The position numbers and the translations under genes were made by a program. The notes beneath the pieces were generated by a model. That model was not told the origin of the DNA. It did no database searches and worked only from the letters and a program-made list of their open reading frames with translations. A stretch of 64,000 nt of DNA from Clostridiales bacterium (GTDB lineage: Bacteria > Bacillota > Clostridia > Monoglobales > WRBX01), in the NCBI GenBank assembly GCA_031261985.1, contig JAISIR010000001.1, positions 72,009 to 136,008 on the forward strand, written 5' to 3'. This document shows, in pieces, positions 19,495 to 26,817 of the stretch (its first letter is position 1; every line of letters starts with the position of its first letter).

Positions 19495-20922
19495 CTACAC
19501 CCTAATTTCTACCTCTGCGCCTAAAAAGTCTTTATTATCGGCGATAATTTTATCTACCTTGGTTAAAAATCTATCTACCTGAAGCGGTGCGATTCCTACA
19601 AATTTTTTAGCATCTACCAGGTCAGCAACTTCATCTTCTGTTATATTAAACCGTGGGTCGACTATAATTCTATCCAACAAATTATTATCGCTTCCGTTTT
19701 GCTTAATATCCACGCCCGTTGCCACCGAATGTTCGCGGATGGCCTCGTGAAGTTCCTGGCGGTCGCCACCTTTTTTAACACAATACATCATGATATTCTC
19801 GGTTGCCATAAAGGGGAGTTCTTCGTTTAAATGTTTATTAATTACATTCTCGTAAACTCGGCAGCCGCCGATGACATTTATGTAAAGTGAGAGAATGGCA
19901 TCGATTGCCATAAAACCTTCGGGGATGCTGATTCTCTTATTAGCAGAATCGTCTAACGTACGCTCGAACCATTGCTGGCTGGCGGTTAGAGCTGCGTTTT
20001 GGGCATCTGTAATAACATACCTTGCAAGTGAACATATACGCTCGCTTCGCATAGGGTTGCGCTTATATGCCATGGCAGAAGACCCTATTTGCTTATCTTC
20101 AAAAGGCTCGTCAAACTCTTTTAAATGAGAGAGCAGACGAAAATCGCAAGCGAACTTATGCGCGCTTTGGGCGATACTAGACAGCAAACTTAATACCGAA
20201 TAATCCACCTTGCGCGAGTAGGTTTGACCCGATACATCGTAGCAATTTTCAAACCCCATTTTACTTGCAATCATATCTTCTAGTTCAAAAACTTTATTCT
20301 CGTCGCCATCGAACAGTGCTAAAAAGCTGGCGCCTGTGCCGGTAGTGCCTTTGCAGCCAAGAAGTTTTAGACTATTTGATACAAAATTAAGTGTGTCTAA
20401 ATCTAGTAATAAATCGTTTAGCCATAAGGTAGCACGTTTGCCAACAGTGGTAGGCTGTGCGCTTTGGAAGTGCGTAAAAGCAAGAGTTGGCATATTTTTG
20501 TATTCTGCTGCAAAATCGCGTAATTTTTTAATTAAAGTGACCAGCATTTTTTTAGTATGAGTTATGGCTTGCTTCATTATAATTATATCGGCATTATCGC
20601 CCACATAGCAAGATGTAGCACCTAAATGGATAATACCCTTGGCACTTTTAGCTTGCTCGCCATAAGCGTACACGTGCGACATTACATCGTGCCTTACCTC
20701 GCGCTCGCGATTCTCGGCAACCGAGTAGTTAATATCGTTTTGATGTTTTTTAAGCTCCAAAATTTGGTCGTCGGTTATGTTCAAACCAAGTGCTTGCTCG
20801 CTTTCGGCTAGGGCTATCCATAATTTACGCCAAGTAATAAACTTGGCATCTTCGCTAAATATATGCTGAATTTCTTTTGAAGAATAGCGTTTTGCTAAAG
20901 GATTAGAATAACTTTCGTGCAT
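19495..20922 (-). CDS. purB: Adenylosuccinate lyase
   Basis: 475 aa in the fumarate-lyase superfamily, with signature SSAMAYKRNP. Confidence 0.95.
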   Translation of the reverse strand: MHESYSNPLAKRYSSKEIQHIFSEDAKFITWRKLWIALAESEQALGLNITDDQILELKKHQNDINYSVAENREREVRHDVMSHVYAYGEQAKSAKGIIHLGATSCYVGDNADIIIMKQAITHTKKMLVTLIKKLRDFAAEYKNMPTLAFTHFQSAQPTTVGKRATLWLNDLLLDLDTLNFVSNSLKLLGCKGTTGTGASFLALFDGDENKVFELEDMIASKMGFENCYDVSGQTYSRKVDYSVLSLLSSIAQSAHKFACDFRLLSHLKEFDEPFEDKQIGSSAMAYKRNPMRSERICSLARYVITDAQNAALTASQQWFERTLDDSANKRISIPEGFMAIDAILSLYINVIGGCRVYENVINKHLNEELPFMATENIMMYCVKKGGDRQELHEAIREHSVATGVDIKQNGSDNNLLDRIIVDPRFNITEDEVADLVDAKKFVGIAPLQVDRFLTKVDKIIADNKDFLGAEVEIRV

Positions 20923-20981
20923 AATATTTAATCACCTTTATAAAATTTGTTCTCTAGTTATAAGACACACTTTGCGTTTTC

Positions 20982-21010
20982 ATTATATACTAATCGGCGA
21001 ATTTTGTCAA
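20982..21010 (-). promoter_or_regulatory. Sigma-A-type promoter of purB
   Basis: Minus strand reads TTGACA (21010-21005), a 17-nt spacer, then TATAAT (20987-20982). Confidence 0.7.
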
Positions 21011-21079
21011 CATTTTTTTTGAACGTTCCGTTCAATCAAATTAGCATTAATAAGATATTTCTATTCTTTTCTTTTTAAC

Positions 21080-21108
21080 TTGACAATTGCCTGAAAATAT
21101 AGTATAAT
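21080..21108 (+). promoter_or_regulatory. Sigma-A-type promoter of tRNA-Arg
   Basis: TTGACA (21080-85), 17 nt, then TATAAT (21103-08), about 30 nt upstream of the tRNA. Confidence 0.7.
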
Positions 21109-21137
21109 ATACAAGTAAGTATAATATTTTATGGTGC

Positions 21138-21214
21138 GCGCCCGTAGCTCAGTCGGATAGAGCAACTGCCTTCTAAGCAGTAGGTCAGGCGTTCGAATCG
21201 CCTCGGGCGTACCA
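21138..21214 (+). tRNA. tRNA-Arg (anticodon TCT), CCA encoded
   Basis: Cloverleaf folded by hand: acceptor GCGCCCG/CGGGCGT, D arm GCTC..GAGC, anticodon stem ACTGC/GCAGT with loop CTTCTAA, T arm AGGCG TTCGAAT CGCCT, then ACCA. 77 nt. Confidence 0.9.
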
Positions 21215-21395
21215 AAACTTTGCCTGACGGCAAAGAGATAAAAGAGAAGAGTTAAGAGAGAAAAGTTAAGGAAGTTTTGCTATCGCAAAACAATTTAAGG
21301 CAAAGTTTTGTACTTTTCATTTTTCTCTTTTCGTTCTTCACTTTTCACTTATACTTCACTTCAATACTTACTAAAAATTTCGGGGGAGAATTAAC

Positions 21396-22496
21396 ATGAT
21401 TATTGGGATAACAGGTGGCAGCGGAAGTGGAAAGTCTACCTTGTCAAGAGAGCTTGCTAAACGTGGATTCACCGTGATTGATGCGGATAAAGAGTATCAT
21501 CATTTGCAAGAGAACGACCTTGAGTTGCGGCAAGAGCTCATAGATAATTTTGGGACGGCGGAGCGAGCGCAACTTAGGAATATTGTATTTGCTGATAAAG
21601 AAAAAGCCTCTCTTTTACGCGAGGTTACATACAAGCACATCACAAAAGCGATAGATAAAAAGCTAGCCTTAGGTGGCGACATTGTTTTAGATGCTTCGGG
21701 GTTGTTTGAATCGGGCTACGATGCTAAATGTGACAAAACTATAGCGGTGCTTGCCAACCGTGAGGTTAGGATAAACCGTCTTTTATTGCGCGATGGCTTA
21801 ACCAGACAGGCGATATTGAGCAGGTTGCAAGCTCAGCCTAGTGATGAGTTTTATACAAAAAGTGCCGATATAATTGTAAATAATAACGGAAATGGATTTA
21901 ATATTGATAGCATCCTTGGTAAACTGAATCAAAAAATTGCTATATATGGCGGAACCTTTTCGCCTCCTACTTTAGGGCATTTAGATGTCATAAAAAGAGC
22001 GGTGGCACTTTACGATAAACTGTATGTGGTAGTCCTTAAAAACCCTACTAAAGACCCTATTTTTACCGAAGAAGAGCGTTTGAATATGCTTAAAAAGATT
22101 ACCGAAGATTTGCCTAATGTAGAAGTTGAACGGTATGATGGTTTACTTGCGGAATATGCTAAAGAAAAGGGCGCAAATTTCTCGGTTCGTGGTCTTCGCG
22201 ACCAGTTCGATTTAAAGTCCGAACACGAAATGTATCAATTAAATGCTCAAATAGCAAAGGAAGAGTTTGAGTTTAGTTTAGATACTAATTTTTCACCTAC
22301 TACTTTAGAAAATTTTTACACCAGCTCTAGCATGGTGCGCGAACTATTTAAATCGGGTTCATATAAAGTTGCCTCTAAATATGTAGACGCGCGGATTTAT
22401 GACGATATTTTTAATAAGTATAGGGCAATTAATCTAGAGAAGAATAATGCTCAAAGCAGCGCGGCAATCTCTAGGATAGCGCCTCAAACCCCTTAA
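21396..22496 (+). CDS. Bifunctional dephospho-CoA kinase / phosphopantetheine adenylyltransferase fusion (CoaE-CoaD)
   Basis: The N-terminal ~180 aa carry the CoaE P-loop IIGITGGSGSGKST. The C-terminal ~180 aa carry CoaD motifs IAIYGGTFSPPTLGHLDVIKRA, RGLRD and TSSSMVRE. No start codon or SD at the junction. Confidence 0.85.
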   Translation: MIIGITGGSGSGKSTLSRELAKRGFTVIDADKEYHHLQENDLELRQELIDNFGTAERAQLRNIVFADKEKASLLREVTYKHITKAIDKKLALGGDIVLDASGLFESGYDAKCDKTIAVLANREVRINRLLLRDGLTRQAILSRLQAQPSDEFYTKSADIIVNNNGNGFNIDSILGKLNQKIAIYGGTFSPPTLGHLDVIKRAVALYDKLYVVVLKNPTKDPIFTEEERLNMLKKITEDLPNVEVERYDGLLAEYAKEKGANFSVRGLRDQFDLKSEHEMYQLNAQIAKEEFEFSLDTNFSPTTLENFYTSSSMVRELFKSGSYKVASKYVDARIYDDIFNKYRAINLEKNNAQSSAAISRIAPQTP

Positions 22497-22506
22497 TTAA
22501 TTTGGC

Positions 22507-23430
22507 TTAGTGGTTGTGGTTATGCCCAAAATGTGCGCCGCCGCCTGTGTTTTCTGCATTTACATGGCATTCGGGTCCGTCGCACTCTTCGTCTTCAAAC
22601 TCGATTTCTATGCTACTATGGCTAATGCCATGCTCGGCAAGCTCGGTTTTTATGAACGACTTTATTGCTACAATATCCTCGCGCGCGATATCCTTACTAA
22701 TAATCGCGTGAAGTGTTATATATTTGTTGACACCGTCTAGGCTCCACAAGTGTATATGATGAATATCGCGAATGTTATTATTACTTAAAATATGTTTTTT
22801 TAAATCGTCCATGTTTATATCGGTGGGCGATTTTTCTAAAAATACCTCGAATATTTTTTTGATATTTTTTAGCACATTAAACGATATAAAAATTGCTATT
22901 AGTATCGAAAGAATAGGGTCAAGGATTGGCAAATTAAATATCTTCATTACAATGCCAACCACTAAAACTGCTGCCCAGCCCAAGACATCTTCTAGCATGT
23001 GAAGGCTTATAGCGCGCTCGTTTAGGCTGTGGTTGCGCGAGGTTTTTAGCACTGCCACGCCGTTTACCATAAAGCCTAGCACCGCCAAAATTAGCACGCC
23101 GTTGTAGTCGATATCTGCCGGAGTAAACAAGCGGGGGATAGCCCCTGCCACCGCGATAATTGAGGTTGCAAGCAAAAAGATGGAACATATAAGCGCGCCT
23201 AAAACTGAGAACCTGCCATAGCCATAGGTGTAGTTTTTATTAGGTTGACGCTCGGATTTCCGTTCTAGACCCCAAGAGACTAATATCGAAATACTATCGC
23301 CAAAGTCGTGAAGTGAATCGGTAATTATGGCGATACTATTGGTGTAAAAGCCGCCGACAAGCTCGATAATTGCGAATATAAAGTTTAGCAAAAATGCCAA
23401 ACGAATATTTTTAGTAGATTTTTTTTGCAT
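22507..23430 (-). CDS. Cation diffusion facilitator (CzcD/ZitB-type) divalent-metal efflux transporter
   Basis: Six TM spans, HDFGDS and HMLEDVLG metal-site motifs, and a His-rich C-terminus GGGAHFGHNHNH. Confidence 0.9.
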   Translation of the reverse strand: MQKKSTKNIRLAFLLNFIFAIIELVGGFYTNSIAIITDSLHDFGDSISILVSWGLERKSERQPNKNYTYGYGRFSVLGALICSIFLLATSIIAVAGAIPRLFTPADIDYNGVLILAVLGFMVNGVAVLKTSRNHSLNERAISLHMLEDVLGWAAVLVVGIVMKIFNLPILDPILSILIAIFISFNVLKNIKKIFEVFLEKSPTDINMDDLKKHILSNNNIRDIHHIHLWSLDGVNKYITLHAIISKDIAREDIVAIKSFIKTELAEHGISHSSIEIEFEDEECDGPECHVNAENTGGGAHFGHNHNH

Positions 23431-23578
23431 TACGTTACCACCTTTTGGATTAATTATAATACATAAATATTAAAAGGTCAAGTATTTTAAGACAAAAAAA
23501 TAAGCGGATTGAATCCGTTTTTAAGATATTATTTATATTACAAAATAGTTAAAATATTGTTGCTATTGTTAGTTCGTG

Positions 23579-23607
23579 TTGACTTTTGTCAGTTTTTTTG
23601 ATATAAT
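23579..23607 (+). promoter_or_regulatory. Promoter of small-peptide mRNA, copy 1
   Basis: TTGACT, 17 nt, then TATAAT. Confidence 0.6.
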
Positions 23608-23684
23608 ACCTTTGGTAGTTCAACAAGGGGATATTCAGCTTGTGATGGTTGGCTTCCTTGCTCAACAGCAAGGAGGTGGTGCCG

Positions 23685-23756
23685 ATGAAGAAGTTTATAA
23701 TTGCTTTTGTAATTATACTTATTCTGATGGCGTTCTTTGCTACTCCGGTAGTTTAG
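23685..23756 (+). CDS. 23-aa hydrophobic peptide MKKFIIAFVIILILMAFFATPVV (candidate type I toxin, copy 1)
   Basis: GGAGGTG SD lies 8 nt before the ATG and there is a consensus promoter upstream. A paralogous ORF is conserved at 37713..37784. Missed by the 60-aa-minimum ORF track. Confidence 0.45.
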   Translation: MKKFIIAFVIILILMAFFATPVV

Positions 23757-23759
23757 AGT

Positions 23760-23862
23760 AAAAAAACAACCGTCTTACCCTTGTAAAGTTGACGGTTGTG
23801 ATAATAACACTATAGAAATTTGCAAGGAAGCTAGCCGTTATAATCGGTTTTCCCCTTTTGTT
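23760..23862 (-). ncRNA. Predicted ~100-nt antisense RNA (candidate antitoxin, copy 1)
   Basis: Bounded by minus-strand TTGACA-17-TATAAT (23869..23897) and a hairpin ACAACCGTC/GACGGTTGT followed by T7 on the minus strand only. Ends are inferred, not measured. Confidence 0.4.
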
Positions 23863-23868
23863 ACTAAC

Positions 23869-23897
23869 ATTATACTATATGTTTTATTATTTGTCAA
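23869..23897 (-). promoter_or_regulatory. Convergent antisense promoter, copy 1
   Basis: Minus strand reads TTGACA (23897-92), 17 nt, then TATAAT (23874-69). Confidence 0.6.
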
Positions 23898-23920
23898 TAG
23901 TTTGTTGTATAAATATTTTC

Positions 23921-24145
23921 TTAAACTCTTGGCATATTCATACCTTTTGATAGGTTTTTATTTTGGACCACGCCCTTTGCAGAAGTAGAATTTTTTGCAT
24001 AATTAATCCTCTCTGCCATTGTAGGGTCTAACATTTTATTTTTAGCTGCAAGTGAATCGGTAATTTTGACAGCTAACCCTTTACCTGCGTTTAACGCTCT
24101 TTGGCTTGCATCTATTTTTTGTGCATGTCTTTTTAATACGTTCAT
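23921..24145 (-). CDS. Hypothetical small basic protein (74 aa)
   Basis: ORF lies 30 nt downstream of the 113-aa ORF on the same strand, probably in one transcription unit. No family recognised. Confidence 0.5.
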   Translation of the reverse strand: MNVLKRHAQKIDASQRALNAGKGLAVKITDSLAAKNKMLDPTMAERINYAKNSTSAKGVVQNKNLSKGMNMPRV

Positions 24146-24175
24146 CTTATATTCACACCTTTAAAATCTAATTTT

Positions 24176-24517
24176 TTACACATCCACGCCTATTGTTGAA
24201 ATAATATCTTCAAATGCTATATCGGCATCGGTTACAATTTTGCTAAACTGTGCGCAGATATCTTCGACAAATGTGTTAACGGTTTCCTCGGTGCGCTCGC
24301 CACTTTGGATAAGAATTTTTGAATTGCGAATGATATCCAATTGCATTTTTGCAGAGATTTGAGTTAGGTTGTTAATTATGTTGTTCTTAATCGTGTAAAG
24401 GTCGGCGTCTTCTTCTATAGCATGGGCTATAATTTGGCTAGACTCGACTATTTTTTGTGCTAACTCGGCACCATTTGTGTTTATTAGTTTTTGAAAGTTA
24501 GTTGTGTTTTCTAACAT
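24176..24517 (-). CDS. Hypothetical acidic protein (113 aa)
   Basis: ORF sits behind TTGAAA-17-TATAAT (24551..24579) and the TTAACA-N5-TTAACA element. No family recognised. Confidence 0.55.
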   Translation of the reverse strand: MLENTTNFQKLINTNGAELAQKIVESSQIIAHAIEEDADLYTIKNNIINNLTQISAKMQLDIIRNSKILIQSGERTEETVNTFVEDICAQFSKIVTDADIAFEDIISTIGVDV

Positions 24518-24596
24518 AAAACAACACCCTATTCGTTTGATTATACCTTTATTATAACATATTTTGCAAACAATTTCAACCCCTAAAAAGGCTAGT

Positions 24597-24619
24597 TATG
24601 TTAAATTTGTGTTAAATTT
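24597..24619 (-). promoter_or_regulatory. TTAACA-N5-TTAACA upstream element, site c (gene 24176..24517)
   Basis: Plus strand reads TATGTTAAATTTGTGTTAAATTT. Lies 17 nt upstream of the -35 of TTGAAA-17-TATAAT (24551..24579). Confidence 0.55.
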
Positions 24620-24647
24620 TTAAAAAATCCAAAGCCAATATTAACTC

Positions 24648-24676
24648 TTGACAAAAGCAAGCTGCTATGTTATAAT
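24648..24676 (+). promoter_or_regulatory. Promoter of the acyl-CoA ligase gene
   Basis: TTGACA, 17 nt, then TATAAT; perfect consensus. Confidence 0.7.
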
Positions 24677-24739
24677 ACTTAACTATATATTCAATGTTAA
24701 AAGGATATATAAAATTTTTATTTAAAAGGAGCGATTCTA

Positions 24740-26410
24740 ATGGCTGAAGCAGAAAAAACGCCTATGGCAACACCTACTAACCAAACTAAATTTTTAAACG
24801 AGACTCTCGGCGACCTGCTCGAACGTATAGCCTCAGAGCGCCCTAACCATCAGGCAGTTAAGTATATTGAGAGCGATTTTGACCTTAGTTATGGCGAGTT
24901 TAATTCGCGCGTTGACCGTGTGGGTAAAGGCTTAATGGGTATGGGCGTAAACAAAGGCGACCACGTAGCTGTGTGGGCTACTAATTATCCTCAATGGCTG
25001 CTACTCTTCTTTGCCGTGGCTAAAATTGGTGCGGTGCTAGTTACCGTTAACACTAACTATAAAACGCGTGAGCTTGAGTATTTGCTTAAACAATCTGACG
25101 CTAAAGTTTTAGTAATGTGCGATGGTTTAAAAGATATCGACTGTGAGAGAATTATATATGACCTATGCCCAGAGCTTAACGATTGTGAGCCTGGCAAGCT
25201 TAACTCTTCTAAACTTCCTAAGCTTAAAATTTTAATTACGCTGGATAATAAGTATAAAGGCATGTTCCATTGGAGCGAAGTTTTTGAACAAGGTGAGAAT
25301 ATTACCGAAGAGGAATTTGCAGCTCGTAAAAGGTATATTCAGCCTCATGATGTAGCTAATATTCAGTACACTTCTGGCACATCGGGCTTTCCTAAAGGCG
25401 TTATGCTTACGCACTATAATATAATTAACAATGGTTTATCGATAGGCGATTGCATGAAGTTTACGCCAGAGGACCGTTTGTGTATTCCTGTTCCGTTCTT
25501 CCATTGTTTTGGCATGGTGCTGGCTATTTTGGCAGCGGTTACGCATGGGTCTACTATGCTTCCGCTATTATGGTACACACCAATGAAGGTTATGCACACA
25601 GTTACATACGAAAAATGCACAGCCGTCCATGGTGTGCCAACTATGTTTATTGCTATGCTAGAGCATCGCGATTTTGACAAGTATGACTTCTCGTCTTTAC
25701 GCACAGGGATTATGGCAGGCTCGCCTTGCCCAACCGAGATTATGAAGCAAGTTATAGAAAAAATGAACATGCGTGATATTACTATTGTGTATGGTCAAAC
25801 CGAGAGCTCGCCTGGGTGTACGCAAACGACGGTTGATGATTCGATAGAGCATAGGGTAAACACGGTTGGTAAATGTCTGCCAGGTGTAGAGGCTAAAATT
25901 GTTGACCCTGAAACCGGTGAGACGTTGCCTCCTAACCAGCCCGGAGAGTTTTGTGCGCGTGGGTATAATGTAATGAAAGGCTACTATAACATGCCAGAGA
26001 AGACTGCCGAAGTTATAGATGCCGATGGCTGGCTTCATACAGGAGATATTGCAATGGTCGATTCTGATGGGTATTATAAAATTACAGGGCGATTAAAAGA
26101 CATGATTATTCGCGGTGGAGAGAATGTTTACCCTAAAGAGATTGAAGATTTTATTTACACACATCCTAAGGTAAAAGACGTTCAGGTAGTGGGTAAAAAA
26201 GACGAGAAGTATGGTGAGGAAATCGTTGCATTTGTTATTCCTAAAGAAGGTGCCGAGCTTACCGAGAAGGAAATTAAAAACTTTGTGTATGATAATATGT
26301 CGCGGCATAAAGAGCCTGGTCATGTAGTATTTTTAAAAGAATTCCCTATGAATGCAGCGGGGAAAATACTAAAGTATCAATTGCGTGATATGGCTGATAA
26401 GCTAGCTTAA
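24740..26410 (+). CDS. AMP-dependent acyl-CoA synthetase/ligase (FadD-like)
   Basis: AMP-binding signature YTSGTSGFPKGV plus GYYNMPEKT and GWLHTGD motifs. 556 aa, with AAAGGAG SD. Confidence 0.9.
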   Translation: MAEAEKTPMATPTNQTKFLNETLGDLLERIASERPNHQAVKYIESDFDLSYGEFNSRVDRVGKGLMGMGVNKGDHVAVWATNYPQWLLLFFAVAKIGAVLVTVNTNYKTRELEYLLKQSDAKVLVMCDGLKDIDCERIIYDLCPELNDCEPGKLNSSKLPKLKILITLDNKYKGMFHWSEVFEQGENITEEEFAARKRYIQPHDVANIQYTSGTSGFPKGVMLTHYNIINNGLSIGDCMKFTPEDRLCIPVPFFHCFGMVLAILAAVTHGSTMLPLLWYTPMKVMHTVTYEKCTAVHGVPTMFIAMLEHRDFDKYDFSSLRTGIMAGSPCPTEIMKQVIEKMNMRDITIVYGQTESSPGCTQTTVDDSIEHRVNTVGKCLPGVEAKIVDPETGETLPPNQPGEFCARGYNVMKGYYNMPEKTAEVIDADGWLHTGDIAMVDSDGYYKITGRLKDMIIRGGENVYPKEIEDFIYTHPKVKDVQVVGKKDEKYGEEIVAFVIPKEGAELTEKEIKNFVYDNMSRHKEPGHVVFLKEFPMNAAGKILKYQLRDMADKLA

Positions 26411-26424
26411 AAGGACTTGATAAA

Positions 26425-26817
26425 ATGAACGCTATACTAAAGACATTATTGGTAATAGGAACTGTTTTGTTTTTAACTTTTATTGTGTACATGGTGCGTA
26501 AAAAAAAGTTAGAGCTTAAATATACCATTATTTGGCTGATAGCTTCTATTGTTTTGGTTATATTTGCGGTTTTCGATTCGCTATCTATTGCGCTATCTGC
26601 CTTATTAAATATAGCCGAACCAGTTAATGCTATATTTTTAGCAATATTTTTGTTCCTAATTTTAATGCAATTTATGCTGACTATTTACATATCTAAAAGC
26701 AACGATAGGATTCGTGTTCTTACCCAAGCTTTAGCATTAAAAGAGCTAGACTCAAAGTCCGAGGCGGGCGAGCCAAGTGAGTTAAGCGAGATTAATGAGA
26801 ATGAGAAACAGCTATAA
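26425..26817 (+). CDS. DUF2304-family small membrane protein
   Basis: 130 aa with TM, then RKKKLELKYTIIWL, then TMs, typical of DUF2304. The 3' end overlaps the convergent prmC by 26 nt. Confidence 0.6.
   Translation: MNAILKTLLVIGTVLFLTFIVYMVRKKKLELKYTIIWLIASIVLVIFAVFDSLSIALSALLNIAEPVNAIFLAIFLFLILMQFMLTIYISKSNDRIRVLTQALALKELDSKSEAGEPSELSEINENEKQL

Larger units (their letters stand above)
23535..23900 (+). repeat. ~365-bp small-peptide/antisense module, copy 1
   Basis: Alignable end to end with 37563..37925 (from TATTACAAAATAGTTAAA to TTTGTCAATA). Roughly four-fifths identity by eye. Confidence 0.8.

Noticed and set aside
23576-23761. 61-aa track ORF MLTFVSFFDIIPLVVQQGD...
   Set aside because: It starts inside the -35 region of the promoter and has no SD. 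Its frame is not conserved in the paralogous copy at 37.6 kb. The conserved, SD-preceded reading frame is the 23-codon ORF 23685..23756.
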